A stretch of 64,000 bases of DNA from Planctomycetota bacterium (GTDB lineage: Bacteria; Planctomycetota; PLA2; JAEUHO01). Below are positions 9,316 through 19,100 of the stretch, piece by piece; position 1 is the stretch's first letter, and each line of letters begins with the position of its first letter. The stretch spans positions 2,368,001 through 2,432,000 of the forward strand of contig CBDCTJ010000007.1 in assembly GCA_965222115.1 (NCBI GenBank). The letters run 5' to 3'. The notes beneath the pieces were generated by a model. It was not told where the DNA came from. It did no database searches and saw only the letters and a list, made by a program, of their open reading frames with translations. The translations under genes and the position numbers were made by a program.

Positions 9316-11628
9316 CTACTTCGGGGCGATGACGAGGCGAAACACGAGCGCTTTGTCCTTCGTATTGGCGTCCACCGCCGTACGGCCGTCGAGTGATGCG
9401 CGCGTGAGCAGTCCTCGAGGATGGTGCTTGAGCACGTAGGCGCCTGCTGCGTCGGTAACGAGCTCCCCGTCGGCACGGGTGACCAACTGAGCGATCCCCA
9501 TGGGGGAGCGCGCTCCGAGCCTCGCGGGTCGCGCCGTGCCGTCGCGGCGCGCGCCGTTGCGCCCAAAGAACACATCACTTCCGGGTTGGTCTAGGTAGTC
9601 CTCGCCCGCCATACGTCGCCATTCGGCTTCCGTGGGAAGTCGATAGGGGAGTTCCTCAATCGATGCGCGCCATGCGGCATAGGCCGCCGCATCGTGCGGT
9701 CGAATGCCCCGTACCGGGCGAGATCGCGCATCGGCTGTGGCCAGCCACATTTTCGTACCGCTTCGATCGCGCTCGAATCCACTTGGGGGCACGCGGCTTC
9801 GGCGCTCCGCATCGTCCTCGATCTCCGCAAGCCACGCTTCGTAGTCGGAGTTGGTAATGAGATCGACGCTTGCAACGAAGGGTTGTGGCGCGTTCGGTTT
9901 CCCCGGATGGTTGTTCGCAGGATTGTTGGTCGCAGGTATCCACACCATGCCCTCGGGATGCGGAACGATGGAGGCGCCAAAATGCAATGCCGGAGGCACC
10001 GACGTTTCGCGCCCTGGAGCACAGAGCACCATGAGATCGATGCGCGCGCCCGAAATCCGAAAGATCCCTGGCGGAAGTGTCAATACATCGAGGCTGCGCA
10101 CGGCGTACTGCTCCTTCGGAAACTGCACACTCGCGTCAACGGCCTTCACTTTCCCCGTAACGGTTCCGTTTGAATTGGCTATTGGCTCCGGTTTCCACAT
10201 GGCTTGAAGCGATTCGACACGGCTCACCAACTCATCACGGTGTGCGCCTGCAGGGAGCCCCTCGATTTTTTTTGCCGCGACTTCCGTTTCGTTACGCACA
10301 GCTTGGATGGCGTGCATCCATGCACGCGCGCTTCCGTTCTTAAGTGTGTCGATGTTTCGTAGGGCGGTCCAACGTTCATCGAGGTCCGTCAGTTGTGTGC
10401 TGGCGTCATCCGTTCGCAAGTCGTCGGAGTGGGGCTCGCGAGCCAGGAACACCATGCCGAGCACAAGGCCCGTCGCTACGCCAGCCAACGTGCCAAGGAT
10501 GCGGGAACGATTGCGCCGCAGCCAACGAAACGCGCGATCCAGCGTGGCCGATCCCGCGCCACCTTCTACCACAGCGCGCGCGGTTTGACCGCGCAACCAC
10601 CGTTGGAGATCTTCCTTGAGCGCGCCGGCCGTTGCGTAGCGTTCATCGGGCTGTACGGCCATGGCCTTATTGACGATGGCGCTCAGTGAGGATCCCATCA
10701 CTTCCGGCAGCGGTGGATACACACCCTTGCGCGCATCGCTCAACATATCGTCTTGGGTGCGAAAGTCGGGCGCTTCGAGTTGTTCGCGACGTTTGGTGTA
10801 GCCGCGTGCCTTGGCGAGTTCGCCGGCAGCTTCGGCTTTGGCCTCGGCCTTCTTGAGTGCTTCGACGCGTTCGGCAACGTCTTTCTTGCTAAACGGCGAT
10901 GCACGACCGATGGGCGGCTCAGCAGAATAGACATAGCGAATCAAATTGCCAAGACCCCACACGTCGGTGCGTGGATCGACATTCGCGGCGGCTTGCTCGG
11001 GTGAAAGAAAGCGTGGCGTTCCCACGATCTTTCGAGCTGCGGGGACTTCATCCATGGCGCGGCAAATGCCGAAGTCGATGACATACGCACGGCGCGTGCG
11101 CACGTCGATCAATATGTTTTCCGGTTTGATGTCGCGGTGTTGAATCTTGTACGTCTGATTGGCCGCGTGAATCCCGTCGATGACCGGCAAGATCACATCG
11201 GCGATCAACTGCTTGGGATCGGCCCATCGCCGGAGGCGGGGATACGTACTTGCGAGTTTTCCGTTTTGGGCCAGCTCAACGACCACGTCGAGCGTGACGG
11301 GTTCGTAAACCAACTCCATGACGAAGTAGGGGCGTTCGGGATTGAGCCAGCCCCGATCATAGACCGGCATGACATGCTCATGGCGAATCGCAGCTTCGGC
11401 TTCGCACTCAGCCAAGAAGCGCTCCCGCAGTGATTCAGGAATGCCATCCGCCAACAATTTGAGCGCAACGAAGCGATTGGTCTGCTCGTCAAAGGCGCGA
11501 TACACGGTACCCATACCGCCGCGGCCAACGGGCTCTTCGATGCGATAGCGTCCGAGCGTAGAACCGGCAGGCAAGTCGTCCTTTTGCCGCTTGAGTCCGC
11601 CGGTGGATGCATCGATGGTCGTGCTCAT
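9316..11628 (-). CDS. Ser/Thr protein kinase with TM and C-terminal FGE-sulfatase-like domain
   Basis: GRGGMGTVY, VALK, HRDIKPEN, DFG, GTPRFLSPEQ; one TM helix; ITNSDY...DAAAYAAW...YRLPTEAEW...FRLV. Confidence 0.85.
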   Translation of the reverse strand: MSTTIDASTGGLKRQKDDLPAGSTLGRYRIEEPVGRGGMGTVYRAFDEQTNRFVALKLLADGIPESLRERFLAECEAEAAIRHEHVMPVYDRGWLNPERPYFVMELVYEPVTLDVVVELAQNGKLASTYPRLRRWADPKQLIADVILPVIDGIHAANQTYKIQHRDIKPENILIDVRTRRAYVIDFGICRAMDEVPAARKIVGTPRFLSPEQAAANVDPRTDVWGLGNLIRYVYSAEPPIGRASPFSKKDVAERVEALKKAEAKAEAAGELAKARGYTKRREQLEAPDFRTQDDMLSDARKGVYPPLPEVMGSSLSAIVNKAMAVQPDERYATAGALKEDLQRWLRGQTARAVVEGGAGSATLDRAFRWLRRNRSRILGTLAGVATGLVLGMVFLAREPHSDDLRTDDASTQLTDLDERWTALRNIDTLKNGSARAWMHAIQAVRNETEVAAKKIEGLPAGAHRDELVSRVESLQAMWKPEPIANSNGTVTGKVKAVDASVQFPKEQYAVRSLDVLTLPPGIFRISGARIDLMVLCAPGRETSVPPALHFGASIVPHPEGMVWIPATNNPANNHPGKPNAPQPFVASVDLITNSDYEAWLAEIEDDAERRSRVPPSGFERDRSGTKMWLATADARSRPVRGIRPHDAAAYAAWRASIEELPYRLPTEAEWRRMAGEDYLDQPGSDVFFGRNGARRDGTARPARLGARSPMGIAQLVTRADGELVTDAAGAYVLKHHPRGLLTRASLDGRTAVDANTKDKALVFRLVIAPK

Positions 11629-11665
11629 TGCCGTAAAGCCTATCGCAAGTTGCGATGACGATCAT

Positions 11666-11890
11666 CTAACGCTCCAGCGTGGTCACCCTGCCGGGCTTGA
11701 CCTCGACTTCGTGGCGTGTTGTGCGCCCATGTTCCTGGCACTTGATCTCTACGACGTACGTGCCCGCCGAAAGTCGCTCACACGCCCACACCGGCTCCGC
11801 CGTGTTTGGTTGCAGCACGTCTGGTTGCAGCACGTCTCGTTGCAGCACAATGAACTCATCGAGTCCTGCGCGCGTTGCACGAACGTTCAC
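11666..11890 (-). pseudogene. Possible gene fragment (carboxypeptidase-regulatory/PEGA-like C-terminus)
   Basis: 74 aa ending LSAGTYVVEI...EVEVKPGRVTTL; contains a 15-bp x3 repeat (VLQ units); lies directly after the tRNA-Leu 3' end. Confidence 0.3.
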
Positions 11891-11930
11891 GAATGAAGTG
11901 TCAACGGCCTTTACGACGTAGAAGGGATCG

Positions 11931-12017
11931 TGGTGCGAGAGGGGGGACTCGAACCCCCAATCCCTTTCGGGAACCAGATCCTAAATCTGGCGCGTCTGCC
12001 AATTCCGCCACTCTCGC
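11931..12017 (-). tRNA. tRNA-Leu(TAG)
   Basis: GCGAGAGTGGCGGAATTGGCAGACGCG-CCAGA-TTTAGGA-TCTGG, long variable arm, GGTTCGAGTCC, CTCTCGCACCA. Confidence 0.97.
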
Positions 12018-12039
12018 GTGGGTGGGGCATTCTATCCCA

Positions 12040-12186
12040 TGCGCCAAATTTACCTGGTATTTGTGACGCATCCATGGCGCGGCGGGCCGGAAACGGCGAG
12101 TGGTTCGCGGTGCGCCAAGAATACCTGGTTTCTTTGGCGCATAGAGAAGGCGCCGTGCGCCAGGAATACCAGGTATTTGTGGCGCG
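12040..12186. repeat. Three 31-bp dyad repeats TGCGCCA-N4-TACCWGGTA-N4-TGGCGCA
   Basis: Copies at 12040-12070, 12111-12141 and 12156-12186, between the folE stop and tRNA-Leu. Confidence 0.85.
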
Positions 12187-12762
12187 CTAGCGGCGGATGA
12201 TCTCGAGGAACTCTTGACGCGTTTTGGGGTCACTGCGAAACGTCCCGAGCATACAGGATGTGACCGTCGAGCTGTTTTGCTTGTTGACGCCGCGCATCAT
12301 CATGCAGAGATGTTGGGCTTCGATAATGACGCCAGCGCCGCGGGGATTGAGAGCCTCGGCAATCGCTTCAGCGACTTGCGTAGTGAGGCGTTCTTGGACC
12401 TGGAGGCGACGGGCAAAGACATCGACGACGCGGGCGAGTTTGCTCAAGCCCACGATCTTCTTGCGCGGTAGGTACGCAACGTGAGCACGGCCGAAAAAGG
12501 GGAGCATGTGATGCTCGCAGAGGCTGTAGAGTTCAATGTCCTTTACGACCACCATTTCATCGGTATCGCTTTCGAACACTGCCGCGTTCAAGACGTCGTG
12601 GGCATTGCTCTCATAGCCGTGCGTCAAGAACTTGAGGCTCTTTGCAACGCGCAACGGCGTCCGACGCAATCCTTCTCGTTCTGGATCTTCACCGATGCCA
12701 TTGAGCAGGCGGGTCACCGCCGAAAGCATGGCTTCGGGCGGTGTAGAAGCGTTTTCATCCAT
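12187..12762 (-). CDS. folE: GTP cyclohydrolase I
   Basis: [56 protein letters not shown]. Confidence 0.96.
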   Translation of the reverse strand: MDENASTPPEAMLSAVTRLLNGIGEDPEREGLRRTPLRVAKSLKFLTHGYESNAHDVLNAAVFESDTDEMVVVKDIELYSLCEHHMLPFFGRAHVAYLPRKKIVGLSKLARVVDVFARRLQVQERLTTQVAEAIAEALNPRGAGVIIEAQHLCMMMRGVNKQNSSTVTSCMLGTFRSDPKTRQEFLEIIRR

Positions 12763-12911
12763 GGTCGATTGATCCTCATGAACGCGTGAGTGGCACGTTG
12801 TATCGCGCGCAGGGCGGATTCGCTTGCGGGATTGCTGCCGATCGGTCGATTTACGCCGCGATCGGCGAGTAGCTTCTTGCTGCCAAGCCCGCTCGCACGC
12901 ACCATGCGCCC

Positions 12912-13790
12912 ATGGCCGCATCCGTCTCCGTTCGCGCCGAACTTCTCTTTAGCGCGCGTTGTGGTCGACCGCCCCAGGGAAGTGTGTTCGCTCCGGGGCG
13001 CGCTGTACTCATGCGTCGGGCAGATGCCGAAGCGGGCGATGAACTTCTCGTCGCGCCCACGGCCCAAGGGATTTCAGCCGTTTGGGGGATACGCCCCGAT
13101 CGCCGTGTTGCCGTGTGGGCCATGGATCAGCGTGCCAAAGATCACTTTTCGCATGGCGAAACAACACGTTCGGGCCGTCTTTGGGCCGATCTTGCTCGCG
13201 GTGCGGCCGCGCGACTGGATAACCAAGGTTGGCGGCCGCCCGGCATCGACATGGTTGTGATTGGTGACTTGCCTCAGAAAATGGGCCTCGCTTCATCTAC
13301 CGCGTACACCGCTGCCATTCTTCGGAGCTTTTACGCAGCGATCGAAGAGTCGCGTTCGGCGAACGATCTCGCGCGCGATATTGGATGGGTCGAGCGGCAC
13401 TGGGGAGGTCCTTCGGTGTACGACATCGACGCGCACATGCTTGCACGTGAACCCAACTCGTTTGTACACGTGCGTCCCGGCATGTCGTTTGATGATCTCA
13501 AATCGTGGCCCTTGACCCACCGTGTTCGCGGCCATCTGACGAAAACGGTTCGTCCCGACTTTGATGACGATGCAGAGGGGCTGAACCGCGCAATGCAAGC
13601 GCTCGCACAAAACGACATGGACGCTCTATTCGACGTGATCAAGCAGACGACATCTACAGTGCTGGGTTCCGATGCATCGTTATCGGCCATGCGCGAGGCG
13701 TTACGGGAAGAACCTCACGTTCAAGCGGTTCGCGTCCATCCCGTGGGGCAACAGTCAGGACTCATCGAAATCTCGCTTCCCGCTTCGTAG
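12912..13790 (+). CDS. GHMP-kinase family protein (galactokinase-like, divergent)
   Basis: APGRAVL and the ATP-binding loop [12 protein letters not shown]; C-terminal half poorly conserved. Confidence 0.6.
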   Translation: MAASVSVRAELLFSARCGRPPQGSVFAPGRAVLMRRADAEAGDELLVAPTAQGISAVWGIRPDRRVAVWAMDQRAKDHFSHGETTRSGRLWADLARGAAARLDNQGWRPPGIDMVVIGDLPQKMGLASSTAYTAAILRSFYAAIEESRSANDLARDIGWVERHWGGPSVYDIDAHMLAREPNSFVHVRPGMSFDDLKSWPLTHRVRGHLTKTVRPDFDDDAEGLNRAMQALAQNDMDALFDVIKQTTSTVLGSDASLSAMREALREEPHVQAVRVHPVGQQSGLIEISLPAS

Positions 13791-13875
13791 CGAATCTCGC
13801 CGCTATTTCCGCGCCAGACGCTTGCTTGTCCATCGTTTAGGCTAGACGCACTCGCGCTAGGTATGGAGGCAAACG

Positions 13876-16800
13876 ATGCGCATCGCGGCTTTCACACTCA
13901 TTGCCTTGGTGGCCTGCGGATTACTCGCCTGGGTGCTCTTGGGTGACCCGATTGCGGAAGAGTCTCACGACCATGCCGTTGCGACGAAAGAGCTGGGCAC
14001 CGATGCATCGCAGCCTGTACTTCACGGGCAAAATCCACACGAGACTCCGAATGAACGCTCGAAGACCGATCACGCGAACTGCAAGATCCACGTTACGGTT
14101 CGTGACTCAGATGGCGCGCCTGCTGCTGGTGTGGCGGTGGAGGTACGTAGCTTCATCAAGCCGTCTCACGATGCGAGTCAGAAGGACGCGCGCGTCCAGC
14201 AAAGGGATTCCATCGAATCTCTGGTTCGCGACGCCCTATCCGGCGCTAGCAAAGCGACGTACGTAGTCGCGGCCGGAGTTTCCGATGGCGACGGCCGTAT
14301 CACGTTCGATGTTTGCAGGGGAAGGCGGGTCTGGATTCAAGCCAAACCCACACCGCCACTCGTTAGCCCACGCCGATGGATTCTTTGGCCACGTGAGCAA
14401 ACGTCTTCAAAGAACGTAACGTTGGTGCTTGCCCGGGGCGCAGCGATTGAGGGTCAAATAGTTTCTCGGAATGGGAGCTACGCAGGCACGCGCTTCTCTG
14501 TGTCTGGCAAGAGTGGTTGGACGCATCAAGGAACGTGCGATCCAGAGACCGGCACCTTTCAAATCGCTCATGCGCCTTCCGATTCGCTCACCTTTCATGT
14601 AACGACCGGGGAAGGGCGCAACTACGGCGGATTCGATTTTTCTCCTCCGTTCAAAGGGCCCTTGAGAATTCAACTTCCCAGTGGCACCGCGAGCCTGCGG
14701 ATCGTGGCAACCAATGAAGCGGGATCACCCGTTGCTAATGCCGCAGTCCACGCACGAGTTTCTTCGGGCGATGCAGCAAATCCGTTTCACACTAGACTGG
14801 CCGGTTTGACGGATGACATGGGCGTCGCGCTGTGGAAGAACGCGTCCGCGGGAAGACTGTCACTAGTTATGGCCGCCTGCGAGTCGTACGTGCCTTATGT
14901 GTCCCATATGCGAACGGGACAAGGCGCCACCAAACTCACCGAAGGACAGATCACGTCCGTACCCGTCACACTCTCTCAAGGCGGTTCCATCGAGGGCGTT
15001 GTGACGCGCGTTTCGGACAGTGCTGTGCTCTCGAACGCAACGATTCTGCTACGCTCCATCGAACGAAAACATGAGTCGCCGATCTCAACACGGTCCGATG
15101 AACAAGGCCGTTTTCGTTTCGAGATGGTGGGACTCGGCTCCTACATCCTCTTTGGCCAGCACAAGCACTACTTCGATCCGAGCGTTGAGGGGCTCCCGGT
15201 GGTCCCTTTTTCTTCGCAACGGACACCTGCGGTTCCAAGCCACTTAGTTGTTTCGCTCACCGCCAATGATCGAACGGTTACGAAGAACATCGCGCTCAAG
15301 GCCGGTGCCACGTTGGCTGGGCGTGTCCTCGATGAGCACGATCATCCAGTTGAGGGGGCTCGAATCACGATTGAAGACGTGGGCATTCCCAAGGACGTGT
15401 TGCGTTCGTGGGGTGGCTTTATGACCTTCTCGCCTCAAGGTCAGACGACATCGGACGCCGAAGGTCGCTTCGCATTGGTGGGGCTGGCGCCGCGCAGTAA
15501 CTGGCAGCTCTACGCCGTTGCCGATGGCTATGCGGGTACGGCGAGCGATCCTGTGTCTCTCCAAGACGGTCCACGTGATGACGTGATTTTGCGAGTCGTC
15601 CGCGGTGCAGAGATACACGGGCACGTCGTAGATGGACATGGCAAGCCCCTGGTGGGCGTTCGAGTCCTGCTAAGCGGAAATGTCAAATTAGTCAGTGGAG
15701 AGAGGTTTGCCGTAAGTGGAGCGCATGGGGAATTCTCCTTTAGGGGGCTGGCACCCGAAGCCTATGCACTCAAGGTATTTGTGAATAGACGACTGAAAAC
15801 ATGGCCGGTCGATACCCTATCGCTCGGCGAGCACCGCAGCGGTGTAAAGGTCATCATCAAGAAGGCGAAGGCGCTCACGGGAACACTGCAAACGACAAGC
15901 GGAGATCCCTTGGCAAATACTGAAGTCGCGTTGTTGTTCATTGGCACCACCAACACGTCGCCATTCGTCAAGGGCCTAACCGATGAGCACGGTCGGTTTC
16001 GGCTTGAGAGCGACCATAAGGGGAACGCAACGCTTTACGTATTGATTGGTGGGGACATGAAACCCGTTGGCCCTCCTGTTCCTGTCCCATTCCAAGACGA
16101 GGTTTTCACGTTTGATCCGCCGAAAACGACGCGGCTTTCGGGGCAGGTGAAGCGTTCCGATGAAGGGGGGATAGGATCTTTCACGTTGAACGTGCGCGAA
16201 AAGGGCGGCGGTCATCCTCGAACCTATTCGATCGATGGCACGGAGTTTTCGGTTGAATACACAGGAGAGGCGCCGATTCTAATCGATGTACTTCATGTGA
16301 AAGACGAACGAGGTTTGCTTACTGCATTCCTTAGTCTCGATGAGCTGGTTGAAGATCCCACGAAACCGATTCAGATCGCGCTCCGACAGGGCGCCACCGT
16401 CTCCGGGAAGGCGCTCGACGAGCAGGGCAGCGGTGTTGCCGGCGTGCTGGTGCGCCACGGTCAACTATCGGCTGTGAGTGCACAGGATGGGTCGTGGACA
16501 CTCACCGGCATGCCCGTTCGCTCCGGTCACACGCGCGTGTCCCTTGAAGTAGTCGTTCCACCTGGCTTTGTCCCTGTGCCGAGGTTCTCCGCAAAGGTGG
16601 AAGACAACGACGTGGAGATCCGTCTCAAGCAGGGGCTGATGATTCGTGGGCGTGTCGTGCTTCCCAAGGGCATTGCCACTCATGCCATCAACCTAACGGC
16701 TTCGTTTGCGGATGGCAACACGGGCATTGAGAAGAAGGTCAGTTCCAAGGCAAGTCCCACCGGCGTATTTGAAATCGGCGGTTTCCCGGCGGGTGAGCAT

Positions 16801-17661
16801 GTGAAGCTTCAAGTAGAGCCTGTTCAATCTGACGTTTCAGGTGATGTGCTGCTTGATGCGACATTGACCAATATAGTGCCCGGGACTGAGGATCTCGTCG
16901 TGCGCTTGCAGCTCGGCGTGACGATTGCGGGGACGATTGTGGACCATGCTGGGAGTCCGCTCACCAATGTTGCGGTTCGTCTTGCGGGCAAGTCGCGCGT
17001 ATGGACAACGAGCAATCGCGCTGGCAAATTCCGGTTGCTCGGCGTTCCGCCGGGGGCGTCTGCATTGTCCGTAGTCAAAGGGGCGGGCAATCGGTTGATA
17101 CCAGACGTTTCGGTGCGTGCGCCGTCAAGCGATGTACGAATTGTTGTTCCGAATCGAGCGCGCATTTCGGGGAGCCTTATGGGCGCAGACGACGGCGGCA
17201 CGTGGTCGCTTCGCGCCTACAACGCAACTGCACATGAAGAGGGCACAATCGGACACACGCCCATCAACGAAGACGGATCATGGACGACCCCGTTGCTCGG
17301 GATGAACACCAAGTGGCTCATTGTTGCGACATCATCGAAGCGTCGGAACGATCGCTATGCCGTTGCGGGTCCAGTTGATGCAGGGGCAACGGGCGTCGTC
17401 CTCACGGTGAAACAGGGCAAGGCCATTCAAGGTCGAGTGGAGATTGCAGGGAAGGGATCGCGTGCGTTCGTTGAGGCCGAAGGGCGCGGGTGGCGTTCAC
17501 ATACATATGCCCGTGCCAACGGAGAATTCACATTATTGGGATTGCCCCCGGGAACCTATGTCGTCAAGGCGCGCGACATGGTTGGCAATTTTCGAGGGCA
17601 GTCGAATGATATCGCCGCGGGCGCTACCGATGTGCTTGTGACTCTACACTCATCAAGGTGA
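13876..17661 (+). CDS. Large carboxypeptidase-regulatory-like domain repeat protein
   Basis: N-terminal TM anchor; many repeats of type GxVxDxxGxPxxGAxV...TDxxGxF.LxGL.PGxY. Confidence 0.8.
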   Translation: MRIAAFTLIALVACGLLAWVLLGDPIAEESHDHAVATKELGTDASQPVLHGQNPHETPNERSKTDHANCKIHVTVRDSDGAPAAGVAVEVRSFIKPSHDASQKDARVQQRDSIESLVRDALSGASKATYVVAAGVSDGDGRITFDVCRGRRVWIQAKPTPPLVSPRRWILWPREQTSSKNVTLVLARGAAIEGQIVSRNGSYAGTRFSVSGKSGWTHQGTCDPETGTFQIAHAPSDSLTFHVTTGEGRNYGGFDFSPPFKGPLRIQLPSGTASLRIVATNEAGSPVANAAVHARVSSGDAANPFHTRLAGLTDDMGVALWKNASAGRLSLVMAACESYVPYVSHMRTGQGATKLTEGQITSVPVTLSQGGSIEGVVTRVSDSAVLSNATILLRSIERKHESPISTRSDEQGRFRFEMVGLGSYILFGQHKHYFDPSVEGLPVVPFSSQRTPAVPSHLVVSLTANDRTVTKNIALKAGATLAGRVLDEHDHPVEGARITIEDVGIPKDVLRSWGGFMTFSPQGQTTSDAEGRFALVGLAPRSNWQLYAVADGYAGTASDPVSLQDGPRDDVILRVVRGAEIHGHVVDGHGKPLVGVRVLLSGNVKLVSGERFAVSGAHGEFSFRGLAPEAYALKVFVNRRLKTWPVDTLSLGEHRSGVKVIIKKAKALTGTLQTTSGDPLANTEVALLFIGTTNTSPFVKGLTDEHGRFRLESDHKGNATLYVLIGGDMKPVGPPVPVPFQDEVFTFDPPKTTRLSGQVKRSDEGGIGSFTLNVREKGGGHPRTYSIDGTEFSVEYTGEAPILIDVLHVKDERGLLTAFLSLDELVEDPTKPIQIALRQGATVSGKALDEQGSGVAGVLVRHGQLSAVSAQDGSWTLTGMPVRSGHTRVSLEVVVPPGFVPVPRFSAKVEDNDVEIRLKQGLMIRGRVVLPKGIATHAINLTASFADGNTGIEKKVSSKASPTGVFEIGGFPAGEHVKLQVEPVQSDVSGDVLLDATLTNIVPGTEDLVVRLQLGVTIAGTIVDHAGSPLTNVAVRLAGKSRVWTTSNRAGKFRLLGVPPGASALSVVKGAGNRLIPDVSVRAPSSDVRIVVPNRARISGSLMGADDGGTWSLRAYNATAHEEGTIGHTPINEDGSWTTPLLGMNTKWLIVATSSKRRNDRYAVAGPVDAGATGVVLTVKQGKAIQGRVEIAGKGSRAFVEAEGRGWRSHTYARANGEFTLLGLPPGTYVVKARDMVGNFRGQSNDIAAGATDVLVTLHSSR

Positions 17662-17674
17662 GCGAATGTATTCG

Positions 17675-19099
17675 TTAGGCGTGCTCTGTGGCCACAGGCT
17701 CCACCACCGACGGTTGATTGGTGAAGGTGAGATAGGCCAGTTTCTCACACTTCTTCATGAGTAGCACGTAGCCTACGACGAGGCTGATGAATGCAGCGGC
17801 GGCATAGCCCAAGCCATATGCCGACGGGCCCGCGTAGATGCCTGCGATCGCGAAACCTGTATTGGCCACAAGGAATGTGACCGTCGTCGCGAGTGCAGTT
17901 CCACGCAAGTCGAGGTAGAGCTGAATCAGAATGGTGATCAGCAAAAGAACATGGAAAAAGGCGCCCACGCAGCAACAGCGAAACGTGGTGACCATGGCGT
18001 CGGGAAGTTTGAGCCACGCGATGATGTTGGGCGCGAAGACTAACGCGAGCAGTGTGATTGCACCCTGAATGCGGAGAATGCGCACGGTGCCATTGCGCAA
18101 GTCGGCCAGCATGGATTCGCGGCGCTCGCGGATAGCGTTGAGCGGGAAGTCTCGCAGGATACTTCCATAAAACGAGCGGTAGTGTTCGTAGAACGACGTT
18201 TCAACCAGGACAAGATTGACTGCCAATGCAGGAATAACTGTCAGGTACGCAAAGAACCGACATGTATCGTAGGTGGGGTGAAAGTGGATCAACGTGTGAA
18301 TCATTTGACCGTCGGAAAACCACACAATGATCTCGTCAATCCAAATGGCAATGTTGTATGTGAGGCCGACCAACGCGAGACGCGGGTATGTCTTGAGGCT
18401 CTTCAGAATGCTCATGTCGGGGCGCCCACCCACTGAGGTTTGGTGAACCACCGCACGGACGAGCAGTACTAGCGTGAGTCCGGCACCCATTGTGTAGCCA
18501 ACCAATAGGCCTGTAGCGCTATCGATGCGGATACTCGTGAGTTTGAAGACATTGAAGCCAAGTACCGCCACGCCAGCGAGCGAAACCACGCACCCCCATG
18601 CAAAGGCCGCCACGATGGCGTTGAAGTCTTTTGTCGCGCTGAGCCAGATGAGGGCCTGCCAGGTGAGACTTGTAATCACATAGAGAAGAATCGTGGCAAT
18701 GGCGAGGTGAACAGGAAGCGCGGCGACGATGCAAAACACCACTCCAATGAGTAGTTGAATGCCCGCAATGGCAATCGCGCCGGTGGAGAAAGCCGGAAGT
18801 AGCCGGTCGTACTCGCGCGCATAGAGCAAATCGGCGGTGCGGCGCGTAAACGACATCTGTGCGAGGCCTACGACGATCAAGCTGAATGCGAAGCAATACG
18901 TCACGAGCGTTCGAAACAACTGAAAGTCGTGTCGGTCAGCGAATAGAGGTGCGAATGCGGTTAGTGCGCTCAATGTGATGATTGTCATTACCCAGGGCCC
19001 GGCGGCAATTAGGCCCGCCGACCCGTATCCACGCACGCGTGACACGAGATCGCCTTCGCTCGTCATCAAGCGGCGCAGTTCAAAGCCAATACCCGCCAT
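17675..19099 (-). CDS. pelG: Pel exopolysaccharide transporter PelG
   Basis: Diagnostic N-terminus MAGIGFELR...AGPW, TRRTADLLY, IWIDEIIVW, ETSFYEHY; multi-TM. Confidence 0.92.
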   Translation of the reverse strand: MAGIGFELRRLMTSEGDLVSRVRGYGSAGLIAAGPWVMTIITLSALTAFAPLFADRHDFQLFRTLVTYCFAFSLIVVGLAQMSFTRRTADLLYAREYDRLLPAFSTGAIAIAGIQLLIGVVFCIVAALPVHLAIATILLYVITSLTWQALIWLSATKDFNAIVAAFAWGCVVSLAGVAVLGFNVFKLTSIRIDSATGLLVGYTMGAGLTLVLLVRAVVHQTSVGGRPDMSILKSLKTYPRLALVGLTYNIAIWIDEIIVWFSDGQMIHTLIHFHPTYDTCRFFAYLTVIPALAVNLVLVETSFYEHYRSFYGSILRDFPLNAIRERRESMLADLRNGTVRILRIQGAITLLALVFAPNIIAWLKLPDAMVTTFRCCCVGAFFHVLLLITILIQLYLDLRGTALATTVTFLVANTGFAIAGIYAGPSAYGLGYAAAAFISLVVGYVLLMKKCEKLAYLTFTNQPSVVEPVATEHA

Positions 19100-19100
19100 G

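Noticed and set aside
12040-12186. CRISPR array
   Set aside because: Only three divergent repeats, unequal spacers (40 and 14 bp), and no cas genes or leader in the window
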